A stretch of DNA of 64,000 bases from Nitrospirae bacterium UBA2233. GTDB lineage: Bacteria > UBA2233. The position numbers were made by a program, and so were the translations under genes. Shown here piece by piece: positions 9,872-18,432 of this stretch. Below the pieces are notes generated by a model. It had not been told where the DNA came from, did not search any database, and saw only the letters and a list, made by a program, of their open reading frames with translations. Within the stretch, counting starts at the first letter, position 1, and each line of letters starts with the position of its first letter. The DNA lies in NCBI GenBank assembly GCA_002347965.1, contig DDYN01000032.1, positions 14,795-78,794 on the forward strand, read 5' to 3'.

Positions 9872-12104
9872 AGCGGACACGCCCATGGTAGATGCTTATA
9901 AGTGTTTCAATCAAGCTCCTGGCGATCGCATGCAAATCTTTGAGCGTCATGTCGCAACCGTCTAGCTGCCCGTCCAAAAATTTGGTCCTGATTGTTCGCT
10001 GGACAAGGCCTTGTATCCTGGCGACAGAAAACTCGGGCAGCGTCCTTGCGCTTGCCTCGAGCGAATCGGCGAGCATCAAGACACCCGCCTCCTTGGAACG
10101 CGGCTTTGGGCCAGGGTAGCGAAAGTCAGACTCTTGGACGTTCGGGTCGAGGAGGACGGCCTTATCGAAAAAGAACTTAATCAACGTGGTACCGTGGTGT
10201 TCTGGGATCATTCTGGTCACCGCTTCCGGAAGCTTATGGGCCCTGGCCAACTCGATTCCCTCTTTGACGTGAGCCTTGATGACCAACGCGCTCAACGTGG
10301 GGGATAGGCCATCGTGGCAGTTTGGCTCTCCCGGCCTTAGGTTTTCGACGTAATACTGAGGCCTTCTCATCTTGCCGATGTCGTGAAAATACGCCCCGAC
10401 CCGGACAAGCAGCGCATTGGCCCCGATTTGTTTGGCTGCACGGTCTGCCAGCACGCTCATCGTCAAAGAATGACTGTACGTTCCAGGGGCGAGCATGGCC
10501 AGCTTTTTAAGCAGAGGGTGCTCCATCGAGGAAAGCTCGAGCAACGAGAGCGTGGTTGCGTAACCAAACGCATACTCGATCAGCGGAAGAAGGCCCAATG
10601 ACAAGATCGTAGTTAGCCAGTTGCCCACGTTGGCTGCAAGTATGCCAAGGAGGAACTTCTCGAAAGAGACAGTCCCGGGCGAGGGAAACCCCTCGATCAG
10701 GGCGACCAACACGACGATGGCCATACCCATGAAAGATGTCTGCCTGCCAAGCTTGAGAAAGCCCGTCCTGCTCTCCAGCCGAGAAAACCAAATAAGGAGC
10801 GTGCATCCCATCAGAAAGGCATAAAGAGAGGCGTACGCCGCGGGGGGGAGGAACCAACCGATCAAAAGACTGTAAAGCGCGAGGAAAATAAACGATTCCT
10901 TCGGGCTGAAGATGGAGCGAACGAGCATTGGGGCCAGGGTAACGGGCAAGCAGACGATCGTTAAGAATTGGTCAAACCCGTTCTTGGGGGAGACCTCGAG
11001 CACCTTGAGAATGGCCGCTCTTGAGAGAGTAAAGAGGCCAAGGGTGACGACGAGCAGAAAGCCGTAGTAGATAACGTTCTTTAGCTTAAGCCCTTCTGCT
11101 ACATCAACTACCGGGGCCACTCTAACGGCATAGAGGAGTGCGAGGAACATTATCAGCAAAGTGCCGACGAAGTAAGAGAGTACAAACCTCGGTGAGGCCT
11201 GGGCGTTTTTCTTGAGCTTTTCGAGCTGTTCGGGGTAGATGACCTCGTCTTGATGAACGATGACCTCCCCCTTTCGGACCGTTCGAAGGACGGGAGAGGC
11301 GTTTTCGTACGCCATCTTTTTCCTAAGGAGCGTGCTTTCCTGGTCAAAGTAGACGTTTGGCAGAAGAAGTTCGGAGATATATCCGGCAAGCCCTTCTTTC
11401 CCGGGTAGGTCGTTGGGCAGCGTTTTGACAAGCCGAGAGTATAGCGATTGTCTTGCTTCGCGGCACCCGATTAAGCGTTCTGGGGCAATTTCGACCTCTC
11501 TGCCATCCCTTAGGCGTACGACGTAAGGCCGGCTTGGGTTGGTTTGTGCCACGGGGCCGGCAGACTCCCCTCGGACAAAGCTCGAGGCGTAGACGTCGGC
11601 CACCTCGAGAGCGAGCCGTTCTTGCAGGTCTTCAGAAACCCCTTCTTTGCTTAAAAAGGCAAGTGTCTCTTTTGGGGGCCTAAGCCCCGTGTGCTCAAAG
11701 AGCGCTTGTTCGCATTCGAGAGGAGCATTCCTTTTGACCGCTTTTGCGCACGCCTTGAGTGCCAGCCCAAGGTTTCGAACGATGAGGTTTGGAATTTCCT
11801 CGGCCAAGAAATAAACGGGCGGAACCTCGAGAGCCGCGCGCTCCTTAGCCTGAAAGGTCGCTGCAGGGTCGACGACTTTGAAATCTTTTTGAGCATGAAC
11901 CGGGTAACGTGCTACATCCCCTACGTTGAAGTTTTCTTTTTTGTGCAACAACTCAGGACTCATAGCAAGCGTTAGTAGCCCACTTATTCCAAGCAGGATT
12001 GCCACTAGAACAGCTTTTTTTCGGCTGTCCACCGACACAAACAGGCTTGTCCAGAGGCGTGAAAGAGGAAGCCTTCTTGGGTCAAACGGGCTATTTTCTG
12101 CCAT
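9732..12104 (-). CDS. 7TM-HD family phosphohydrolase (PgpH-like cyclic-di-AMP phosphodiesterase)
   Basis: Extracytoplasmic domain, about 7 TM helices, then APGTYSHS, FHDIGK, EHHGT and MLADSLEA HD-domain motifs; phoH-X-ybeY context. Confidence 0.85.
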   Translation of the reverse strand: MAENSPFDPRRLPLSRLWTSLFVSVDSRKKAVLVAILLGISGLLTLAMSPELLHKKENFNVGDVARYPVHAQKDFKVVDPAATFQAKERAALEVPPVYFLAEEIPNLIVRNLGLALKACAKAVKRNAPLECEQALFEHTGLRPPKETLAFLSKEGVSEDLQERLALEVADVYASSFVRGESAGPVAQTNPSRPYVVRLRDGREVEIAPERLIGCREARQSLYSRLVKTLPNDLPGKEGLAGYISELLLPNVYFDQESTLLRKKMAYENASPVLRTVRKGEVIVHQDEVIYPEQLEKLKKNAQASPRFVLSYFVGTLLIMFLALLYAVRVAPVVDVAEGLKLKNVIYYGFLLVVTLGLFTLSRAAILKVLEVSPKNGFDQFLTIVCLPVTLAPMLVRSIFSPKESFIFLALYSLLIGWFLPPAAYASLYAFLMGCTLLIWFSRLESRTGFLKLGRQTSFMGMAIVVLVALIEGFPSPGTVSFEKFLLGILAANVGNWLTTILSLGLLPLIEYAFGYATTLSLLELSSMEHPLLKKLAMLAPGTYSHSLTMSVLADRAAKQIGANALLVRVGAYFHDIGKMRRPQYYVENLRPGEPNCHDGLSPTLSALVIKAHVKEGIELARAHKLPEAVTRMIPEHHGTTLIKFFFDKAVLLDPNVQESDFRYPGPKPRSKEAGVLMLADSLEASARTLPEFSVARIQGLVQRTIRTKFLDGQLDGCDMTLKDLHAIARSLIETLISIYHGRVRYELVRKQCAKPEGLRLANTRKQGPLPKPEYQAIQGYDEAALKRLGL

Positions 12105-13095
12105 TGCCCTCCTCGTAGGCTTTTAACACGGCCTGAACAAGGGGGTGACGCACGACATCCGCCGAAGTAAAAGACACGAACGAAATGCTTGGAATCCCAT
12201 TTAAGATGCGCATCGCTTCGATTAGCCCGGAAGGCGTCCCTTGAGGAATATCTACCTGTGTGGCGTCCCCCGTTACGACGACCTTCGAGCCAAACCCCAT
12301 ACGAGTCAGGAACATCTTCATCTGCTCCGAGGAGGTATTCTGCGCCTCGTCCAGGATGATGAACGCATCGTTGAGCGTACGGCCGCGCATGTAGGCCAAC
12401 GGGGCGATTTCAATGACGCCTTTGGCCAAAAACTGTTTGGTGCGCTCCTGCCCCAAGAAATCGTGCAGGCTATCGTAGAGGGGCCGCATGTAGGGGTCAA
12501 CCTTTTCAACAAGCGTGCCGGGGAGGAACCCGAGCTTTTCTCCTGCCTCCACGGCGGGACGAACGAGGACAATTCGCTTCTGGAGCTGGTTCACCAAGAA
12601 AACGACGGCCATGGCAATGGCCAAGTAGGTCTTCCCCGTCCCGGCCGGCCCGATACAGAAAACCATGTCGCAGCTTTGGATAGCCCTTAAGTAGCGTTCC
12701 TGGTTGGGTGTTTTCGCCTTAACCCATGTTGTCCAGATTTCTTTCGGTTTTACCGCAGGATCGATTCCGGACCCTTGAGCCTGCACCTTCCTAGGGCCTT
12801 CGGCCTCTTCGATCGTCCTTTCGACCTCCTCGAACGTGATCGCGGTTTTCCTTCGAATTTTTTCCGAGAGTCGATTGACCAAGCCTTCCGCCTTTTCCAG
12901 CTTTGACTCTTCGCCGAGTAGGTAAAGCGTGGTTCCTCGGTAGGAAAGGCGCACGCCAAAATAGCGCTCCAGGAAGCGTAAGTGATGGCTAGCACCTCCG
13001 GCCAACGTCAAAAGCGATTCTTGATCCTCAAACTCAATTTTTCTTAGGGCTGTGCTGATTGCCTCGCCCCGATACCCTTGCGGCGTACCTCTAAT
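12091..13095 (-). CDS. phoH: PhoH family ATPase (likely ATT start at 13095; first canonical start TTG 13011)
   Basis: GPAGTGKT Walker A, RPAVEAGEKLGFLPG, MRGRTL, DEAQN, VTGD. The open frame extends upstream of 13011. Confidence 0.92.
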   Translation of the reverse strand: MRGTPQGYRGEAISTALRKIEFEDQESLLTLAGGASHHLRFLERYFGVRLSYRGTTLYLLGEESKLEKAEGLVNRLSEKIRRKTAITFEEVERTIEEAEGPRKVQAQGSGIDPAVKPKEIWTTWVKAKTPNQERYLRAIQSCDMVFCIGPAGTGKTYLAIAMAVVFLVNQLQKRIVLVRPAVEAGEKLGFLPGTLVEKVDPYMRPLYDSLHDFLGQERTKQFLAKGVIEIAPLAYMRGRTLNDAFIILDEAQNTSSEQMKMFLTRMGFGSKVVVTGDATQVDIPQGTPSGLIEAMRILNGIPSISFVSFTSADVVRHPLVQAVLKAYEEGNGRK

Positions 13096-13302
13096 GGCCG
13101 GCCCTCCTAGGTCTTTTAAGGTTTTGAGGTCTCACGGTAGAATTCGCCCGAAAGTCGAAGGACGGACAAGACGGTGCGGGGTGATAAAAACGCGGACGCG
13201 TGCGGTTAGGCTGGAACCTTTCTCTGCATTTAAGGCCCATCCCTTCAAGCACACAAGCACTCAGCAGCATGCCCCTTTGTTTGGGATGATATAAACCTCA
13301 CT

Positions 13303-13378
13303 TGGGGTGAGTGGAGGGGATTGAACCCTCGGCCACAGGGGCCACAACCCTGTGCTCTGCCACTGAGCTACACTCACC
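13303..13378 (-). tRNA. tRNA-His (GUG)
   Basis: Reverse complement reads GGTGAGTGTAGCTCAGTGGCAGAGCACAGGGTTGTGGCCCCTGTGGCCGAGGGTTCAATCCCCTCCACTCACCCCA: G-1:C73 pair, GTG anticodon, TTCAA T-loop, encoded CCA. Confidence 0.97.
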
Positions 13379-13489
13379 ATGCACGCGTATAAACAAGCAA
13401 TCTTGTGGCTTCTAACATCAGGGTAGCACGGTTTCGTAAAGAAATGAAGCTCTACAGGGGCGTGCATGGTTTTATGGGCATATTCCTCG

Positions 13490-13498
13490 TGTTATAAT
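13490..13498 (+). promoter_or_regulatory. Putative sigma70 extended -10 element (TGnTATAAT)
   Basis: TGTTATAAT ends 36 nt upstream of the ATG at 13535. Confidence 0.5.
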
Positions 13499-13534
13499 AC
13501 CTGTCGTACACCACACAAAAAAGGAAGTGTAGAT

Positions 13535-13768
13535 ATGGAAGAAGGCACGACAGAGAGGGTAATGGGCGTACTTGAGCGTATTCGGCCCATGCTCAACATG
13601 GACGGCGGCGACGTTGAGCTCGTCGAGGTCCGAAACCAAGAAGTTTACCTGAGGTTAAAGGGGGCTTGCGACGGGTGCCCGAGTGCATTCTTCACGTTAC
13701 GGATGGGAATCGAACGAGCCCTTCGTTCGGAAATTCCAGAGATTCAACGGGTTATCGCTCTCCCTTAA
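13535..13768 (+). CDS. Stand-alone NifU/NfuA C-terminal domain protein (Fe-S carrier)
   Basis: IRPMLNMDGGDVELV...LKGACDGCPS...TLRMGIE (CxxC motif); AAGGAAG upstream. Confidence 0.9.
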   Translation: MEEGTTERVMGVLERIRPMLNMDGGDVELVEVRNQEVYLRLKGACDGCPSAFFTLRMGIERALRSEIPEIQRVIALP

Positions 13769-13770
13769 AG

Positions 13771-15114
13771 ATGGAACCCCTTTTCTCCGACGAACGCTTG
13801 AACGAGCTTGCCTCTTCTCTTTTTTGGGCGTTGTCCGTCGAAGATGTGACCTTCGCTTATGACGGGCCGAACGGCCTGCACGAAAGGGTGTTTCCTTTTG
13901 ACCCAATTCCCCGCTTGATCCCGCAAAATGAGTTTGATCGCCTGGAGGAAGGCATAAAGCAGCGGGTTGTTGCGATGAACATGTTCTTGCAAGATGTTTA
14001 CCATGAAGGAAAAATCTTTAAGGATAAGGTGTTTTCGGAATCGTTTTTGCTCTCCTCTTCGGGGTACATGGTCGAAGCCAGGGGTATTACTCCACCCAAG
14101 GGCGTGTTTCTCCACCTGTCTGGCATTGACCTCGTCCGGGCGGCCGATACATGGTTCGTGCTCGAGGACAACCTAAGGATTCCCTCCGGTGTATCCTACG
14201 CGCTTAAGGCCCGTGAGCTGTACGAAACCTGCATTCCCGATGCTCTGGCGGAACGCGGGGTGAAAGAGACGCTGACCTTCTTGCAAAACCTGGGTAAGGC
14301 TTTTTCTTCCGTGAACGCCGGCGGGGAGGGGGTTATCCTCTCCCCGGGCAGGCACAATGCGGCCTTCTTCGAGCACGGCTACTTGGCGGAATCGCTCGGG
14401 ATGACCCTTGCGTTTGGGGAAGATTTGCTCGTCTGCGGAGAAGATGTTTTCCTTAGAGGGTGTTTTGGGAAAAGGCACAAGGTTGGGTTTGTGTATAAAA
14501 GGCTCAACGACGAGTATCTTGACCCTGTCATGTTCAACCCTGCCTCGGTGATAGGCGTCCCCAACATCTACCCAATTTACAAGAAAGGGAGGGTGGGGAT
14601 TGGGAACGCGCTAGGGACCGGGGTGGCGGATGACAAGGGGGTTTTTTATTACACCCCCAAAATTATCCGTTACTACTTAGGGCAAGACCCTGTTCTTCCC
14701 TTGCCTCCCACCTACCTTCCGGAAGACCCGAAGGATGCAGCGTTCGTCTTCGAGAACATTGGCAGGCTCGTGATAAAAGAGGTCAACTCGGCGGGAGGGT
14801 TTGGTGTCCGCTTCGGCCCTAGGCTTACAAAAGCAGAGCTAGCGGAGCTAAAAGTGCGCATTGTCGCTTCCCCAAGGGGCTTTATTGCCCAGGAGATTCT
14901 CGATTTTGAAGAACTTGACGTTCGCCTTCAAGATGGAACGTACGAGAAGCGGCGGGCCGACTTACGGATGTATGCCGTTATGAGCGAGGACGTCTCCGTG
15001 CTTCGAGGCGGCTTGAGCCGATTTAGTGGCCAACGGGGGTCTTACCTGGTAAATTCATGCCAAGGGGGAGGCTACAAGGATACATGGGTATACCAACCCG
15101 CACAGACTGCTTAA
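13771..15114 (+). CDS. Circularly permuted type-2 ATP-grasp protein (putative peptide ligase)
   Basis: ERVFPFDPIPRLI, GIDLVR, VLEDNLRIPSGVSY, FFEH, GTGVADDK, DLRMY, VNSCQGGGYKDTWV. Confidence 0.88.
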   Translation: MEPLFSDERLNELASSLFWALSVEDVTFAYDGPNGLHERVFPFDPIPRLIPQNEFDRLEEGIKQRVVAMNMFLQDVYHEGKIFKDKVFSESFLLSSSGYMVEARGITPPKGVFLHLSGIDLVRAADTWFVLEDNLRIPSGVSYALKARELYETCIPDALAERGVKETLTFLQNLGKAFSSVNAGGEGVILSPGRHNAAFFEHGYLAESLGMTLAFGEDLLVCGEDVFLRGCFGKRHKVGFVYKRLNDEYLDPVMFNPASVIGVPNIYPIYKKGRVGIGNALGTGVADDKGVFYYTPKIIRYYLGQDPVLPLPPTYLPEDPKDAAFVFENIGRLVIKEVNSAGGFGVRFGPRLTKAELAELKVRIVASPRGFIAQEILDFEELDVRLQDGTYEKRRADLRMYAVMSEDVSVLRGGLSRFSGQRGSYLVNSCQGGGYKDTWVYQPAQTA

Positions 15115-15716
15115 ACCTTTTTTGGTTAGGCAGATACACAGCCCGTACGCTCGGGACGCTCGAGCTAGGGCTGGAGGTGCTTCGGTGCTTGGCGAGGGGG
15201 CTTCCTTGGCCGAAGTCATACGAAGGGCTGCTTGGTAGGCCCCCTTTGGCTCAAGAAGCCCTTCCTTGGTTCCTCGACACGGTTGTACGCCAAGAAGAAC
15301 CTCCGGGAGTAGGGTTTGCCCTTAAAATGGCCAGGGAGGATGCCATCTGCCTGCGGGGCCTTTTAGGCACAAAGGCCGTCACGCTCGTAAACCTTGCCGG
15401 CCAAGAAGCCATGGCAATCCGAGAGTCGAACGTGATGCAGTCCCCCCAAAGAATACTGGCTTTTGGGAATGCCTTGCTTGTCCATACCAAAGAAAGGCTC
15501 GGAGCGGAATGGGCCTGGATGTTTGAGGTTGGAAGAGCCGTAGAAGCTCTCGCTTTGCGCTTAAGCGTTCTGGATACGGAAGGAGCCCTGCATGCTACCT
15601 CGCGGCTTAACGGCCTTTTCCGGGAAAACGGGCTTGCGATTGCGCCGCTGGAACAGCTGGCGTTGCCCTCTTTAGAGGAGAAGGTTCGTGCCTTTGAGCG
15701 CATGCTATCTGTTTAA
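15084..15716 (+). CDS. Alpha-E domain protein (short, divergent)
   Basis: NLFWLGRY start, AREDAICLRG and a second FEVGRAVE repeat; canonical position between cp-ATP-grasp and transglutaminase. Confidence 0.7.
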   Translation: MGIPTRTDCLNLFWLGRYTARTLGTLELGLEVLRCLARGLPWPKSYEGLLGRPPLAQEALPWFLDTVVRQEEPPGVGFALKMAREDAICLRGLLGTKAVTLVNLAGQEAMAIRESNVMQSPQRILAFGNALLVHTKERLGAEWAWMFEVGRAVEALALRLSVLDTEGALHATSRLNGLFRENGLAIAPLEQLALPSLEEKVRAFERMLSV

Positions 15717-16494
15717 GTCGACCACGCGGCTTACGATTGCAGCCCCTGCAAGGGAGCACCACTTCCTTCTGCGTATTCTTCCCAAACCCACGCCTTGCAT
15801 GATTTTGCCAGAATGGGAACTTTCAATCGAGGCTGCGGACTACGTTTCGGCCTTTGAGGATGCCTTTGGGAACCGGGTTTTTTATGGGGCTGTTCTAGGC
15901 GAGCATGCTCAGCTTGTTGCCAGCGTTTGGGGGAAGGTTTTGCTGAGGGATGAGTACTGGGACGATGACGTCCAGGGGCTTGGGCTGTTTTGTCTCCCCT
16001 CGCCGATGGTCGGCCCGAGCGAAGCCTTGGATGGGCTTGTAGCCGCAATGACGCCCGCATTCCGCAGGCTTAAAACTCGAGAAGGAATGCTTTTCTTGAA
16101 CGATGCCGTGTTTCGCCGGCTTGTCTACGAAAAAGGCGCAACAAACTCCGAAACGGACGCTGGCGAGGCGCTTTCTAAGGGCAAGGGGGTCTGTCAGGAT
16201 TTCGCGCACATCTTGATCGGCCTGCTCCGCGGGCTTGGAATGCCCGCGCGATACGTGACAGGATATATCGAAGGCGAGGGTGATAGCCACGCCTGGGTCG
16301 AGGTGTTCCACGAAGGCCGATGGTACGGCTTAGACCCGACGCACAACGCGTTCGTCAGGGAAGGGTACATTAAAGTGGCTCACGGCCGAGACGCCAAGGA
16401 CACGCGTATGAATTCGGGAGTCTTCAAGGGCAAGTTTTCTCAATACGTCGAGGTTAACGTGCGCGTCGAGATGCTGGAAACGGACGATGCTTGA
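15688..16494 (+). CDS. Bacterial transglutaminase-like protein
   Basis: EDAFGN in the N-terminal domain; catalytic triad in GVCQDFAH, SHAWVE and LDPTH; VAHGRD. Confidence 0.9.
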   Translation: MPLSACYLFKSTTRLTIAAPAREHHFLLRILPKPTPCMILPEWELSIEAADYVSAFEDAFGNRVFYGAVLGEHAQLVASVWGKVLLRDEYWDDDVQGLGLFCLPSPMVGPSEALDGLVAAMTPAFRRLKTREGMLFLNDAVFRRLVYEKGATNSETDAGEALSKGKGVCQDFAHILIGLLRGLGMPARYVTGYIEGEGDSHAWVEVFHEGRWYGLDPTHNAFVREGYIKVAHGRDAKDTRMNSGVFKGKFSQYVEVNVRVEMLETDDA

Positions 16495-17434
16495 GACCTG
16501 GTTCACGCTTAACCTGCCAACCCGTGAAGCGGTTGCCCTTCAAAGGCAGCGCTTTTTTCCCGAGGGCATGGAGGGGTCTTTTAACCGCCTAAAAAGGCTT
16601 TCGCTTCTATCCGGAATTCACGGAGACGAGCTGGAAGGGCTCTACGTCTGCTACCGCCTTGCCTCCTTCCTCAAGGAAAACCCTCGGGCGATCCGGGGGG
16701 TCATCGACATCTATCCAAGCTTGAACCCTTTAGGGGTGAACATGACCCGGCGGTTCGTCCCGTTCTTCGAGGTGGACTTGAACCGCATGTTTCCGGGAGA
16801 TTCGTTTGGGAGCCTGCCCGAAAAGATGGCGCATGCGACAGTGCATGCGGTAAGCGGCTCGAGTATTGCCGTTGATTTGCATGCGAGCAATATTTTTTTG
16901 AAGGAAATCCCTCAAGTTCGGATCGACGAGGGGAACGCATCAAAGCTTTTACCCTTAGCCAAGCTTTTGAACGTAGACTTCGTTTGGGTATACCCTTCTG
17001 TTACGGTGCTCCGCTCAACGTTGGCCCATACGCTCAACGCCATAGGCGTACGCACGCTCGTGGTCGAGATGGGGGTCGGGCTTCGGGTAACGCCTATTTT
17101 CGGCGATCAGCTCGTTTCGGGTCTTATCCATTTGATGGCCCATGAAGGGTTCCTTTCGCTAGATTCTCCGCCAGAAGTACGCGAGCCCATTGTTTCTATA
17201 AACGAGCAAGTTTACTTCATAAACGCCGGCTGCTCCGGCCTGTTTATTCCCGGAGCAGACCACGGGGGAAGGATAGGGAAAGAAGAGGTGATCGGGCAAA
17301 TCGTATCACCCTTTACGGGAGAGGGGCTGGAGACGCTAAGGAGTCCGGCAGATGGCCTTTTATTCACACTACGGGCCTACCCGATCGTGTTCGAGGGCTC
17401 GTTGGTCGCCAGGGTCTGCGCACTGGAGGGCTGA
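16487..17434 (+). CDS. M14 succinylglutamate desuccinylase/aspartoacylase-like metallopeptidase
   Basis: GIHGDE, DLNRMFPG, VDLHA, VVEMG; C-terminal SPADG barrel-sandwich domain. Confidence 0.85.
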   Translation: MLETWFTLNLPTREAVALQRQRFFPEGMEGSFNRLKRLSLLSGIHGDELEGLYVCYRLASFLKENPRAIRGVIDIYPSLNPLGVNMTRRFVPFFEVDLNRMFPGDSFGSLPEKMAHATVHAVSGSSIAVDLHASNIFLKEIPQVRIDEGNASKLLPLAKLLNVDFVWVYPSVTVLRSTLAHTLNAIGVRTLVVEMGVGLRVTPIFGDQLVSGLIHLMAHEGFLSLDSPPEVREPIVSINEQVYFINAGCSGLFIPGADHGGRIGKEEVIGQIVSPFTGEGLETLRSPADGLLFTLRAYPIVFEGSLVARVCALEG

Positions 17435-18360
17435 TGGTACGAGAAATCTTGGTTCAGATGACTTCGCCGGCCGGCTATCCGATTCGTGTCGTCGGGTTTC
17501 GGTTTGGGGAGGGTAGGCCGAAGGTGGCTATCGTGGGCGGCCTTAGGGGTGACGAGGTCCATCAAAGTTACGTGGTCGCACGGCTATGCGCCTTCTTGAG
17601 GCGGGAGGCCGAAAGGAACCACGGCATGATTCAAGGGGAAATTCTCCTCGTTCCGCTAGTCAACACCTTCGGGTTCAACGTGGGATATCGCTTCTGGCCC
17701 CCGGATGCAACCGATATCGACAGAATGTTCCCCGGGTTCCGCTTCGGGGAGACCACGCAGATTCTTGCCCATTCTCTGTTTGAAAAGCTCAAGGATGCCG
17801 ACTTTGGTGTGCACGTCACAAGCCTTGATCCCCGTCAAGAGCACATGGCCCTCACGACGATGTACAGGTCTGGTTTGGGGAATATCGAGGCGGGGTCGCA
17901 TTTTGGAACCCATTTCTTGTACGTGAAGGATCCGAAACCCTTCGATACGGGGTCTCTTTTGTACAACTGGCAAGTTTGGGACGTGTGCGCCCTTGGCTTG
18001 GTCGGGGGCAAGCCTTCCGACATCCAGCAAGACCTTGCTCTCGAACAAACAACGGCCATTCTTCGGTTTCTTTCCAAGGTTGGAGTCTTGAAGCTAAGGG
18101 TCCCGGAGCGCTTCAGCCCCGTTTTGCTCGAAGAGGCGGACTTGCTGCTTATCCGGAACGGGCACCCTGGGCTTTTTTTGCCCCTCAAGGCTCCAGGGTG
18201 CGGGGTGTTCGAGGGGGAGACGCTGGGCTGGGTCCGGGATACGCTTACCGGTGAACCGCTCGAAGAACTCCAAAGCCCGGCCCTAGGAACCGTATTCTTT
18301 CGGTATGCCCGTCCCGCAATTTTTGAAGAGGAGGTGGCTTTCGGGGTTGCAACCCGCTAA
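17434..18360 (+). CDS. M14/AstE-like paralog, probably catalytically degenerate
   Basis: Same fold motifs but with GLRGDE, DIDRMFPG, VHVTS and LVGG at the catalytic positions. Confidence 0.75.
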   Translation: MVREILVQMTSPAGYPIRVVGFRFGEGRPKVAIVGGLRGDEVHQSYVVARLCAFLRREAERNHGMIQGEILLVPLVNTFGFNVGYRFWPPDATDIDRMFPGFRFGETTQILAHSLFEKLKDADFGVHVTSLDPRQEHMALTTMYRSGLGNIEAGSHFGTHFLYVKDPKPFDTGSLLYNWQVWDVCALGLVGGKPSDIQQDLALEQTTAILRFLSKVGVLKLRVPERFSPVLLEEADLLLIRNGHPGLFLPLKAPGCGVFEGETLGWVRDTLTGEPLEELQSPALGTVFFRYARPAIFEEEVAFGVATR

Positions 18361-18432
18361 GCGCGAAAGCCTTTTGTCTAGTCCTAGTAATGCGTTCAAG
18401 GGTCTAAAAAGCTCTTCATGCCCGCCTGGCGG

